Of a DNA stretch of 64,000 nt, positions 1-12,817 are shown piece by piece. The first letter of the stretch is position 1, and each line of letters starts with the position of its first letter. A program made the position numbers and the translations under genes. This DNA comes from Macrostomum lignano (taxonomy: Eukaryota): the NCBI GenBank assembly GCA_002269645.1, contig NIVC01002839.1:72196-136195 (forward strand). The letters are read 5' to 3'. A model generated the notes under the pieces. It worked only from the letters and a program-made list of their open reading frames with translations. It was not told the origin of the DNA and searched no databases.

Positions 1-930
1 TCGATCGGGAGTCGGAAATCACGGCCGAACACCAGGTAGTGAGGCGTGAAGCCGGTCACCGGGTGCACGCTGGAGCGGAGAGCCATCAGACAGGCCGGGA
101 GGAAGGTGTCCCAGTCGTTGTGGTTGCGCTCGAGCAGACAGGTGAGGACACTCTTCAGCTGTTTGTTGAGGTTCTCGACTTGTCCGTTGGAAGCTGGATT
201 GTACGGTGTTGTTGTCGTATGCCGAATGCCAAACAGGTCGCAGAACTTCTTGAAGGCTGAGCCGGTGAAGTTGGTGCCTTGGTCAGTGTGGATCCAGCAT
301 GGTACACCGAACTCGGGATGAAGCGCTCCTGCAGAAGCTTGATGACTGTTTTGGCTTTCTGGTTTCTCATCGGGTAGGCGAATGGATACTTCGACGTCGC
401 ATCGCACAAGGTCAGGATGTAGCGGTTGCCGCTCTTGCTCTTCTGCGCGATTGGTCCTACTACATCACAGTGGATTCTACCCAGAACTTCGCAAACTGGG
501 AAGCTCTGGACCGGAACTCTCTCTCGCCGTCGCGATTTACTTTCAAGGCAAGTGCGGCACTTACTGATGAAGGTCTTGGTAGCACGGGCTAATCCGGGTC
601 TCCAGAACCGTTCTCGTAGCCGCAGTAACGTCTTCGTCTCGCCGAGGTGTCCACACAGTGGCGAACTGTGGAGCTCCTGGAGCACCTGGGCGTCAAGGGC
701 CTCAGGCAGAACAACCTTTGGCGGCTGCTGGCCATCGGACAGGTCAATCAGCAGCAGGCCGTTGTCCTCCTGCAGGTTCTCATAGTATCCGAGCAGGTTC
801 CGCTGCTCCTTCGTCAGGCGCAACCGGGCGTCGAACTCAGGCTTCGGGGCTTCGTTCTTGACCAGGTTGAGCACGTAGCTGATGGCTCGGTCAGCGCGCT
901 GGGCTTCAACGAACTGTTGGCGAGTCATCG
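1..930 (-). CDS. Gypsy integrase (HHCC zinc finger plus catalytic core), frameshift near 300, truncated by window edge
   Basis: LHSSPLCGHLG...CRTC, RIHCDVVGP, YILTLCDATSKY in ORF 155..1408. The shifted frame gives HTDQGTNF...YNPASNGQVENLNK. Confidence 0.95.
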
Positions 931-1974
931 GCAGCTTCAGAAAATCAGTGAGCACAGCGCGGCATGGCTGAGGGGTCCGGATTCCCGCAGTCTCCGCTTT
1001 AATGGCTCCAGGTCGATCACACGGCACCGTCTTGTCGGCGTCAGGATTAGGTCGCTCCGAGGGACTTTGTCTCGCAACGTCGGCGTACGTCCGTTGATCT
1101 CGTTTCGAAGTTCTCATCGTCGCTCTATTGACAGAAAAATCCGCAGATGGAGCAGTGCACATGCCTCCACTGCCTAGCCCAGGCGACTCTTGGCTGTAGG
1201 GCGGGACGCAACACGTGAAGCACGCCTCGTCACTGGCAGCCGTAGCCGTCGGCTCAGTCGTCGTCAAATCTGGGTGAGTCTTCTCCTGCACTGGGCGGTG
1301 TCGCAAAGGGGGAATCGACTTTCCGCACAGGCGATGAGCAGCTGTCTGTCGCCCGGGGGACAGAGCTTCGACCTTGCAGCTGGCGCGAGATTCTGGCCCT
1401 GTCAACATGGCGAGAGATCTCAGCGAAAGGCTCAGAAGGGTTGTACTTAGGTTGCTGTCCTGGAGTTGCGTTGCGGGCCGTCATCAGAAGGGCTGCTGGC
1501 GCGGTGGCCTTTGAATCTTGGTCCGTGGGCGTCTCCAGATTCCGAGACCGGAAGTCTTGGGCGTCGTCAAGGAGGTCTGCTTCGGCGGTGGCCTCTAGGA
1601 CTTCGTCCAGGTTGGTCTCCAGGTAACGGCAGTCGGCGTGGGCATCGCTGCAGAGGGCTGTCGTCACAGTGGCCTCTGGGTTGTCGTCCAGGCCGATCTC
1701 CAGGCGTTGACTGCAGCGGTGGGCGTCGTGCTGGAAGGCTGCTGGCGCGGTGGCTTCCAGGTCTTCGTCCAGGTCAGTCTCGGCCTCCAGGTAGCGAGGG
1801 TGGACAGTCTTCGGGAGGGCTGCTCTGGCAGTGGCCTCGGGTGTCGCGTCCAAGTCCGTCTCCAGGAAACGTCGGCGCTCAGTCTTGGGGCTGCCGCCGG
1901 CACCGGGTTGGGCTGTAGAACCAGGTTGCTTTAGCAGTCGGCCATGCTCGAAGTTGATCGGTGGTGTCTCCGGT

Positions 1975-4364
1975 CTTCTTGACAGGGCGTCGGCGTTGGC
2001 GTGGTCCTTGCCTTTGCGGTGGTTAAGCTGGAAGCGGAACTCGCTAAGGCGTTCGATCCAGCGGCCTAAAATACCTGTGGCCTGAGTTTGGTTCAGTAAC
2101 CACAGTAAGGCCCGATGATCGGATCGAACTTCAAACTTCTTGCCATTAAGTAATGACGGAAATGTCGCATAGCGTCCAAAATTGCAAGCAGCTCTTTCTT
2201 CGTGACCGTGTAGCGCTTCTCAGGATCGCGAAGTTTACGGCTAAAGAACGCAATTGGACGTTCGACGCCGTCGGATTGCAGTTGTCCAAGGCAAGCGCCT
2301 ATTCGAATATCAGAGGCATCCGTGTCGAGGACAAACTTCACTGCAGGATCAGAATTAAACTCAGGCAGAGCGAGAACTTCAGTAGAACACAGTTTCTTCT
2401 TCAGAGTGTCGAACGCGTGCTGATGCTCAGGAGTCCAGTGCTGCCGCAGGCTGCCAATGTCCTTTCGCGTCAGGGCATGCAGCGGCGCAGCCACTCCAGC
2501 GTAGCCGTCGACAAACTTGTGGTAGTAATTGGCGAGGCCTAGGAATTGTCTCAGTTGAGTAACGGACTGTGGCACGGGCCAATCACGGATCTGCGCAATC
2601 TTGTCCTCACAGGTCTTCAGGCCGTCGGGAGTCACGACGTGACCTAAATAATGCAGCTCCTTGAGGAACAAATGACATTCTTCGGTTTCACTTTGAGGTT
2701 GGCTGCGATGATGCGCTGGAGTACAGTTCGCAGTTATCCAGCTGTTCCTCGAAAGTCACTGAGTGCACCACGATGTCGTCCATGTAGCCAAGCGCAGTCT
2801 TTGGCGTCAGGCCGTCCAGGAGCTTATTGATGCAACGCTGAAAGCTGCCGGGACTATCGTGGAGACCCATCGGTAGAACGTTGAAACAGAATTGGCCGCG
2901 GTCGATTACTGAGAATGCCGTCAAGTGCTGGTCGCAGTCGCGCAGCGGGATCTGCCAGAATCCTTGAGCAAGGTCCAAGCTAGAATACCACTGAGCACCA
3001 CGAAGCTTCGCGAAGGTTTCCTGGATGTGCGGGAGCGGATACGGGTGATACACACACCTGTCGTTGAGAGCTCTGAAGTCGTGGACTAGTCGGATGTTGC
3101 CGTCCTTCTTGGGCACGATGAGCATTGGCGAATTGTAGCTCGAGTAGGCAGGGCGAATGATGTGCTTCGCCAGCATCTCGTCTAGCAGGGCGTCGAGTTT
3201 GTCCTTCAGATGAGGCGGGATTCGGCGCGGTGGTAGCGCGACTGGTGTCCGGTCCTTCAAGATGATCTCGTGGGTCACCAGGTGAGTCAGGCCGGCGTCT
3301 AGCGAGTGCTTGGAGAAGGCCGCTTGACATTCGACTAGTAGATCTCGCACTCTTTGATGTTGTTCTTTGGACAATTCGCTGTTGATCTCGACTTCATCTA
3401 GCCATGCTGTGCTGGACTCTTCAGAGTTCTTCGGGAGGTGTCGCACTTCAGGTTCGGGCGTCTCGCTCAAGTACATCAGGTCGGCAGTTCGGAGTGGCGT
3501 CGCAACGCCAACACGGATACCGGCTTGCAGGAACACCTCGCTGTCGGCGGTGTTGACGACCTCAATGTAGCCGCGACCTTCAGGCATCGTCATCAGAGCA
3601 GGCGCTGCTTCCAGAGCGTTGCAGCTGGGATGCAGCCTCGACTTAACCAGCTCGACAATTGATGGCGATCCTCGATTCTCAGGGTGGCCGTCATCCAGTC
3701 TGACGGCAAGCAGCGCTGAACTTCTAGGCGGCAGGGTGCACTTCTCGGAGGTGTACACTCGGCAGTTCTGAAGCTCACGACGTGAATAGCGAACGGGGAT
3801 GCACGCGCCATTGTTAAACTTCAACATTCCTTGAGCGAAGTCCAAGTTCTGGCAGTGCTCTCGCATAAATGATACGCCAAGTAAATTTTCACAATCGGAG
3901 ACCGTAACGAGGAATTCGGTGTCCGCGACGACATCACCGAACTCCACCGGGATGGTCACCTTACAAGCAAGCGGGAGCTGCGTCCCGTCATACATAGTTA
4001 CGCAATCGGGAATAGCATGCGATATAATACAACGAGGCATCCGGCGTCTAATAGCGGCCCAGGTTGACGAACCGAGGAAGTTTTTCCGGCTGCCGCTGTC
4101 TAGCAAGAAAGGGACTTCTCGACTCGCAACTCGACCTGTGACGTACGGATCGGCCTCACGCGCATGGATTTTTTGATTCGGGGAGGTGTCCACGAAACCT
4201 CCGCACTCCGCGTCACTTACTGACGAGCGACTGTCGGACTGGGCATTGGCGCCTGCACAGCCGACATCCTCTTCTTCTGGTGACCTCTCGGAGTCTGCCA
4301 AGTAGCCTGGGCTTGGACCTCGCGGAGGGCGGTGCCGTTGTCGCTCTCCGCCTGGCCGTTTCCC
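1975..4364 (-). CDS. Gypsy pol: aspartic protease, reverse transcriptase, RNase H (frameshifts near 2690 and 2140)
   Basis: ORFs 2688..4385 and 2093..2671: FLLDSGS, YPLPHIQE, LPMGLHDSPGSFQR, YMDDIVV, LRQFLGLANYY, DTDASD. RNaseH tail HRKGKDHANADALSR read by hand. Confidence 0.95.
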
Positions 4365-5390
4365 TGGTTCTGGCGCATCGGGCACTGGGCACTGCGGTGA
4401 CCGGGCTGTCCGCAGCCGTAGCAGATTGTAGTCTTCGCCGGCGGGCTGTTCTTCTGCTGTTGGTCACGCTGCACCAGGTGATCAAGCAGTCGCTGCTGCT
4501 TCTCGATCAAGTCGGTTAGAGTTAGCAAGGCTTGGGCGGTGACGTCGGGCTTCGGGTCGCCGTCCTGCTCCCCGTCCAACATCCTAACCGGGGGTTGAGC
4601 AGATCGGTGCGCCAATTCTTTGGCGCCTTCTAGTCGTCGTAGCTCTCGAATCGCAGCAAGAAGATTGTTCGGGCGAACCCAGTACAGCCGTTCACGCAGA
4701 TCTGGAGTCGTCCGGATACCAGCAAGAAATTGATCAGTAATCTCCTTCTCGCGGTCTTCAGGATGCATTCGGGATATGCACGTTCACCAGAGTTCTCAGG
4801 GCGTCAGCGAACTCTTCTGCTGACTCATTCTTGCCTTGTTGACGACGTCGCAACAGTTCTCGATACTCATCAGCACCACCATGACGGGCAAATCGCTCAA
4901 TAAGACGCTGCTTGACCTCCTCGTAGCTGGCGAAACGCGGAAGATTCATACCAAGCAAGGAAGGATACGCAGTAGCCAAATCAAGACTCGCGATGAGGTG
5001 TTGCTTCATCTCGAACGGGTCGACGATGCGCTCCATCTCGCAACGCTGCTCGAACGCGGCAAGCCAGACGTGAATGTCCTGACTTGGAGTAAACTTCACA
5101 ATTTTAACTTGTTTACTTACAGGCCGCTCCATCTGCTGCTGCAGAGCTGCCATCATGGTCCTGACGTCTTGGTGCGTGATGTTCCGGCCGATGTTGTCCA
5201 GGCCTTGCAGAAGCTCGTCTGGCGGGTCGTCGGACGCGTCGCTTCTGGCACCTCGCCTCGGCGTCGGCTGCTGACCGAAGTCGTTGATCGCTGCTGCTGC
5301 TGCGGCGGCGTCTCCGGCCGCAGGCCTCGAACTGCTGATGTGCTGATCCGGCCGGCTGCTGCACCGGCTTTCGTCTCGCTCGTTGAACAT
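4217..5390 (-). CDS. Gypsy gag with CCHC zinc knuckle (frameshift near 4765)
   Basis: ORFs 4758..5477 and 4217..4768; RRQQGKNESAEEFADALR (MHR-like) and CYGCGQPGHRSAQC. First ATG at 5390. Confidence 0.9.
4322..4364 (-). other. Putative -1 programmed ribosomal frameshift signal at the gag-pol junction
   Basis: G_GGA_AAC slippery heptamer in the gag frame (plus gtttccc 4358-4364) shifts exactly into the pol frame (GKRPGGE). A GCGGAG-A-GCG/CGC-C-CTCCGC stem starts 6 nt downstream. Confidence 0.75.
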
Positions 5391-5461
5391 GTTGAACTCG
5401 TCGTAGTCGCTGGCCGAAGTCGTTCTCGAAAGAGCGGTTGGCTTGGGTGTGTCGTAGTCGG

Positions 5462-5479
5462 ATCCCACCGCTGCCACCA
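5462..5479 (-). promoter_or_regulatory. Second 18-nt tRNA-Leu PBS copy
   Basis: ATCCCACCGCTGCCACCA is repeated 64 nt from the first copy, with the same GTGAA flank. Confidence 0.8.
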
Positions 5480-5523
5480 GTGAAATAGATAGCGTTTTTC
5501 TCGGGGTGGCCTGGTAGGTCTTT

Positions 5524-5543
5524 GAATCCCACCGCTGCCACCA
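5524..5543 (-). promoter_or_regulatory. Primer binding site complementary to the tRNA-Leu 3' end (LTR-proximal copy)
   Basis: Plus strand GAATCCCACCGCTGCCACCA matches the 3' end of metazoan tRNA-Leu(AAG/TAG) plus CCA as I recall it; it sits 1 nt from the inferred LTR end CA. Confidence 0.85.
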
Positions 5544-5544
5544 G

Positions 5545-6540
5545 TGAAGTACAATGGGTTTTCTTCCCGGTTTAGGCCCTTGCGGATTACCTTAATCTTG
5601 AGTCTCTTCAGTGGGAAGTTCTCTCAACTCTCTCAGTAGCGTAGGTAGTGCTGCCACCAGTTCCTTCAGGTCTCGGCCTTCGATAAGGTGAGCTTCCCGT
5701 CGGAACGAAATAAACAAGTCAACGAACTCAGCACAGTGTGCAGATTTGCAGATTAATGAACAAGGCGTCCTGATCAGCAGATCCCCGCCGGGCTCAGGGG
5801 TGGCTGGGAAGGCAGTGTTAGCCTCCCTTAGGCTTGGGCTTTAGTGGGGTCTCAGTCAGACCAGTACAAACGGATTCAGTACGCAAAGGGCACTTAGTTA
5901 GACACTGACGCACACGGGTTCTTAGTGAATTCTCCGCAGATAAGAAGCCAAAATCCTTGACGGAAACAAGGGGAGAGGGGTCCTATTTATAGCCGGGAAA
6001 CACCCACGCACAAGACCTCGTGACTTGTTCTATTTTTAGAACTGACGTCACTTGAGATCTCGAGGCAGGGTCTCAGTGCGCGCAAGACCTCGTGACTCGT
6101 TCTATTTTTAGAACTGACGTCACTTGAGGTCTCCGGCCAGAGTACACGCGGCTGTGACTCAGTTGCTATTTTTAGCAACATGAGTCACTCCTCTCCTTAG
6201 AGAAGGGAGGGTTCCGAAAGCACGTGATTCTCCCGGTAAACAGGGCCAACGAGTGCAGTAAACATGTTTACTGCACTTTAGGACTCGAAGAACGCAGAGT
6301 CTGTCATGTGACTTGCTCACATGACAGAGGAAAACGGGACGGGAACGAAACAGAGACAGCCCACAGCAGAGAAGCTGAGGGCTGAGAACAGAGACGCAGA
6401 AGGGCAGAACAGGCCAAGGGCAGCAACAGACGGGCCAAGGGGGGTGGGAAGCTGACCAGCGGCAGACAGCAACCCAGGGCGAGGGCGAGGGAGACTGCTG
6501 ACAAAGTGGGACGCCTAACATCAACTAGCGGATCACTACA
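5545..6540 (-). repeat. 5' LTR (about 1.0 kb)
   Basis: Minus strand starts TGTAGT at 6540 and ends ACTTCA at 5545 (terminal inverted TG(T/A)AGT), adjacent to the PBS. The second LTR is not in the window, so the boundaries are inferred. Confidence 0.7.
5984..6132 (-). promoter_or_regulatory. LTR promoter: TATA box plus duplicated ~50-bp enhancer-like unit with CRE palindromes
   Basis: TATAAATA on minus at 5984-5991; direct repeat about 6011-6060 and 6083-6132, each with TGACGTCA (6043-6050, 6115-6122). Confidence 0.6.
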
Positions 6541-6863
6541 CACCGAGTGCTCAAACCTTCGCGGATTCATGTGCGAATACGTCGCCCCCAAGTCAACTGT
6601 TCCGGCTTTCAAGCTGGCCGTCTGGAAACGGACCCAGTTCAAACGGACCAGCTACAACTACGACGCTAACTACACTGTACTGCTTCAAGGACGTCGAAGT
6701 GGACAGCGTGATTGAATGCGCCGCCGCTGCAACCAGCGAGGGCAGCACCAGGCGGGCTCTGTTCAACACGATGACTAAGAAGTGCCGTCTGCTGCAGTTC
6801 ACGGATGCCCAGGTTGATGAATGGATTGAGACTGGCGCCAACTGGGTCAAGTTCAGCGTCTGA
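6541..6863 (+). pseudogene. 3' part of a C-type lectin + PAN/apple-like exon interrupted by the Gypsy element
   Basis: TECSNLRGFMCEY resembles a CTLD C-terminus. After a frameshift: CFKDVEVDSVIECAAAATS...ALFNTMTKKCRLL...WVKFSV*, a PAN-like Cys spacing. It begins exactly at the LTR edge. Confidence 0.6.
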
Positions 6864-7084
6864 AGATCTACCTGAATATGAGCAGGAATCGATCAAAAAA
6901 ATTAACTCTTTTTAAGCAGCAGATTTTTAATCAACACAAATATAACCAACTAGCCTAAAAAAACGATTTTCGTTTGCAATAACAACCCGACGAGTTTAGA
7001 GTTTTTCAAAAATAAAGTTAAGATTGTTAGCTATACTACTTTAAAGCGTAAATATCAGACCTGAGGATTATTGGTTGTTCCTCA

Positions 7085-7355
<271 letters not shown>

Positions 7356-8248
7356 TGAGCTACTGGCTTTATTACTCAATCCGCTAATCATTGGCAATCA
7401 CGGGAAGCTGGTGCTGCAGAGAGATCCGGTGGTGCCAGCGTCCGCAGCGCGTTCCTCCCCCTCGATTTCAGGAGGTGGATGGTTGCTCTCTCGGTAGCCC
7501 TTCGGTAACAGACGAGCTGGCAGAGATTCTGGGGCCTGAAAAAGTCTGGAGAGGTCCGGGTTTCTTGGGCCAAGGCAGTCACAGAGGCAGAATGGTCATT
7601 CCTTAATTTGAGGATCTTTCCGTGAAGGTAGCGATGCCTGGCAGAAGCGGTGTAATTTCCTATTTGAAACAATTATTACACCTGCTTTTTCGAGAGCCAG
7701 ACAAATTTTACATCTATTCAAGCCTACAAACTCCCTAGCTAACCTAACAACAAACATATTGCCCTGGCATACACTACTAACACTTTTAAACCCCAGAGAG
7801 AATTATCTCCGTAGATCTACAATACAACTAAAAAATAGACGCTCGAATATTGCATAATTTTCACTGAACAATATGTGATGAATGATTTCAGAAAGCAATA
7901 AAAAATTAAAACTTTTCAGTAAGTTAAAACTAATTATTAATGCGCATACGATGCCGTAATTGTGCATTTCAAAATTTTATAAAGTCGTACCTCTTGGAGA
8001 TAAAATAATATTTTTTAGAGTTTCAGTTGTTTTTTAAGTTGACCATGAGCACCATTTATGTGCAGATTCCCTGCAGTTGTCATCGATCCTTGACATCAGA
8101 AGGTAGTCTGCCATCTTTGTCAGGAGCACACTTCCGATTGTAGAATTCTTCACTTAAAGAAGTAGGCATTGCGTTTGAAGTTGCCTGATATTTATCAACA
8201 ATTTCCTAAACTTTAATACGGCTTAAAAGTAAATACTCGACAAAGAAT

Positions 8249-8815
<567 letters not shown>

Positions 8816-9458
8816 ACTCCCATCTTGGAAGGATAAATTTTTAATAACTGGAAGTGGAACGGACCTGGGCAAACTGTAAATAAGTTTCCATACTGTTGGC
8901 ATTGGTAAACGGCCGGATCGCAGGTGTCTATCAGCTCTCTGCAGCCTGTTAATTTTCGCCGCGCACCGCAGCCCAGCCGATGGTGTCAACAATTTCAGCT
9001 AAACTGGGCACTCGACCGTCGAATATGCCGAACTTGTACCGACGATGCCCGCCAATAACGTACACGTCGAATATGTTGGTGTCGAATTCCGTACCCGAGG
9101 CCAACACAGGCGTGAAGGTCACCGCGGGAATGGGAAGAATTCGTATTCAGTAAGTCGCTGCCGGATTTGGGCCATGCGATCGGCATAGTTGTGCATGTCG
9201 GTGTAGTGAACGTACACGTGTACCGGGAAGAATACGCGATGCACAGAGACGGCCTGCTGGGCAGCGGAAGAGGCTGTGAAGTCCATTGTAGGCAAGGGGG
9301 CCTTTTTGGATTCGGACAAAACTTTTAGATAAGTTTAGTGTCTGCCATCCTACCTTAGCGACTATTTTTAGTCTATGCCATAGACAGCGATGTACACAGT
9401 TAAGTAATTTGAATGAGAATCTCCGTGGGGTAATTAATACACCAAATGTTTGTCACAC

Positions 9459-9770
<312 letters not shown>

Positions 9771-10553
9771 AACTATAATATTCTGCCCGTAAATACGCGC
9801 GAAGTTTTGAAAACTATCTATACGCATGCCTAAAGCTTTTAAGTATGTTGAAACGCTACGATTCCTGGTTGCAAGTAGGAAGCTCCGCAAGTGGATCTTG
9901 GATTCCCCATATGAGTATCTGATCTTGACTACTGCGGTCTCCTTACACTTAGGAAAGCGACAAGGTCTGTACAATATCCTAGCGCGGATATTTGTGGTAA
10001 ATCCCTTTTTACTGTGTACTCCCTGTGAAACAGGCTGTGAAACAAGTTAGGTCGTCGATGTTTTCTTAGAACTTCGAAGCTCTCCCAGCGCGTCCACATC
10101 GTCGGATTCAGGCTCACCTGGCGTGAATACCATAGAAAGTGAAGACAAGATTGCAGCTTCTCGTCTCGTAAGTCGTACACTCACAGAATACCACAGAATG
10201 CTCAATGGATTCAAGTAGAATGCGTCTCGAATTAAAACACCATAGATGCTACTCTTCCTGTGAACATTTATAAGTAGTTGTAACTAATTGATAACATTAA
10301 AGTAGCAGTTTACTGCTTGTGCGAGCTCCTAGAGCAGCCGGTGTAATTGAAATTATGCAATTGTTATAAAACTTAAGTGGCAAGATCTTATGGTGGTTAA
10401 CAATCACTCATCCAGTATTGGATTCCATACCGCATAAGCAAAAAACTGTAAACAATTTGACTTAAGAACAATAAAAGGTTCATAAATGGAAAGAATGTAA
10501 AGTACACTTATGCAGCGCTTAAGTAAACAAATTCAAAATTGAAAACAATGTAC

Positions 10554-11060
10554 TTGGGGATAAGGTTGAGGATCGTGAAGCGCAGCAGAAGCAGGACTGC
10601 AAGGGTCTGGCCGTGCCGACACTCTTCGAACTAACGGTGGCTTTCGTTTTCGTTCAACCGAGGAGCGTCCTTGTAAAGGTTCAATGCAGGATATGCACTG
10701 CTTAAAAGGCGCGTTCCCGGCTCGCGACGTTGATTTGGGCAGGTGTACATATCATCCCTGAAGTGTTAACTGCACACAACCGCTCTCTTCCATTTGTGTT
10801 CGTTTGCTTTTCCCAGGAGGTCAGCTCGAAACAATCGCCGAGCCCAGTCTTCGCACCTGAAAGATGCAAGAGTTTGAACACTAAAGTGATTCTAAAATCA
10901 AAAAAGAAAACTCATACCACAGGAGTCAACTATGTGTTCTCTGAACTACATACCTTGCACTGTCTCCAGAAGGAAATGCATGAAATCGCGTCAAATGCGG
11001 GCACTTGTAGGCATAGGAATTGCAGCCATAAGCTGCGCACTGGGCTCGAGATTTTGTCAT
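10554..11060 (-). CDS. THAP zinc-finger gene (exons 11060-10954 and 10856-10554), with an in-frame TAA and a downstream frameshift; absent from the ORF track
   Basis: Spliced translation MTKSRAQCAAYGCNSYAYKCPHLTRFHAFPSGDSAR|CEDWARRLFRADLLGKANEHKWKRAVVCS*HFRDDMY...TRLLSSAYPALNL shows the THAP C2CH signature, FP, W and an AVPTI-like box; the intron is GT-AG. Confidence 0.85.
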
Positions 11061-11300
11061 GATAGCACCGCACTGCTCTTCGCCTCAGAATAAAATAATG
11101 TTGTTGATCTACGACGTATGATTATTAAAAAAACAGAAGACAAAAATCACAAGCCCATGCGAGTGATATCGTCTATGGTGATTCTTCTCCATACTACTTT
11201 CCCACAGCTTCACAGGAAGAGTAGCACAAAGCGAAAATTCCATTGAGATTTTTTCTTCAGGGCGGCTGAAGTATACATTCTCCTCCTTTTCCCAGTGTGG

Positions 11301-11390
11301 CTATGGAAAAGTAAGTCCGAGGATGCATTTCTCAGGCCGAGGCGAAGCCGAGGCCTTGAGAATATCATCCGAGGACTTTCTTTTCCATAG
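11301..11390. other. 90-bp imperfect palindrome upstream of the recombinase
   Basis: CTATGGAAAAG...CTTTTCCATAG outer arms, AAGTCCGAGGATG/CATCCGAGGACTT and TTCTCAGGCC/GGCCTTGAGAA inner arms. Confidence 0.9.
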
Positions 11391-11567
11391 ACATATTTGG
11401 AAAAAGGAGGAGAATGTATACTTAACCTACTGAAAGCAAAATACGCATCAATATCCAGTACAGTTAGTCTATGGCACAAGCTATGTGACTGACTGGCTAA
11501 AGTGTTATAAATCGTCTACCTAGATGGAGCACTGAGCAGTCCATCCATTTGCATATATAATAGAACC

Positions 11568-12817
11568 ATGGAAGACGACTTAGATCTAGTGCTACGATAT
11601 TTTGAAAGTAAAGAATCCGCTGCAACGAATCCTGCTGCTGGTAGTGATCGATTCGCTACGCTCTCGACTGACGAAATACATGGGAAGCTGGACGCTGCTA
11701 TCCCACCAAATACGCGAAGGAAGGAACTATGGGCTGTAAGAATTTTTGACCAGTGGTTTGACACAATCGAATTCTACATGGTGATACAACTGGCCTTCTC
11801 GTGTTGAAGGAGCGTCATGAATGGAACGCTTGCGATTGGAACTATCTATTAAAGATGTTCATTCTCGAGGTGCGAAAAGTCGATGGCACTAAATACAATG
11901 CTACGACCCTTAGGGACATATTTTCCATGATGCAACACTATCTGCAGTACACGCTCAAGAAAGAACTGAATCTCTGGAAGGACGCTGCGTGCAGGGATGC
12001 AAGAATGGCATTGGATGCTGCCATGAAAGAAGCTACTAGAGAGGGCCTAGTTCCGGGGACAAATGCGTCTAGCCGAATTCCCGCAACTCTGGAGGAGGAG
12101 TTGTGGCAGAAAGGACGTCTTGCAACAACGTCGCCGAAATTACTGCTGTTTACGCTTGTGTTCTACCTTGGCAAGCAGTTCGCTTTGCGTGGAGGCACGG
12201 AGCTGCATGGTCTGAGATATAGCTGTGAGATCCAGTTGCAGCATGAAGACGGTCAAGAACTTCTAGTTTACTGTGAGAACAGAGCCACGAAGACCAACAA
12301 CGCTGGCATAAAGCGACGTTTTGTTCCATTGAAAACCGTTAAAGCATCTCATACTGCTGATCATGATATATGTCTACCCTGCATCTACAAGCTGTATGTG
12401 GACAAAAGACCGGAAAACTGTACGGTTCAGAATTTGTTCCTGGCTTGGATGCGTAGCGATGCCAGCATCCAGCAAGGCAGGTGGTACCAAAACGCACCCG
12501 TCGGCCGGCACAGCTTCGACGGTATTGTTCGTGAATTAACGGCTCCCCTAACTGGAGTGACTGAGAGGTACACTAATCAGTCTCTACGCAAGACTTGCGC
12601 AAGTACTCTACACCGTGCTGGCTTTGCTAGAGAGGACATCGCTCGTGTTACAGGACACTCTTCGACAGCTATTGAGCGCTATATTCAGTTTGACGTACAA
12701 GACCATGTTAAAGTATCGCATGCTCTTCAATCTGGTGGTCAGTCATCAAGTCTGTCTATTGACACCGAGCCTGAACGCTCTGTTGAAGCTATGGAACAAA
12801 GTAACGTAGACTGCTAA
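11568..12817 (+). CDS. DUF3504/Crypton-type tyrosine recombinase, intronless, one frameshift near 11760
   Basis: N-terminal RFATLSTDEI...IPPNTRRKELWAVRIFDQW, EVRKVDGTKY, FALRGGTE (R), KTNNAG (K), TNQSLR (HxxR box as QxxR), TGHSS (H), ERY (Tyr). Confidence 0.9.

Larger units (their letters stand above)
1..6540 (-). mobile_element. Ty3/Gypsy LTR retrotransposon (3' part and 3' LTR lie beyond the left edge)
   Basis: Minus-strand order LTR-PBS-gag(CCHC)-protease(LLDSGS)-RT(LDLAQGFWQI, YMDD)-RNaseH(DAS, ELLAI)-integrase(HHCC, IHCDVVGP, HTDQG). Integrase after RNaseH is the Ty3/Gypsy order. Confidence 0.97.

Noticed and set aside
299-2542. Plus-strand ORFs over the Gypsy pol region
   Set aside because: Antisense shadows of GC-rich coding sequence with no motifs.
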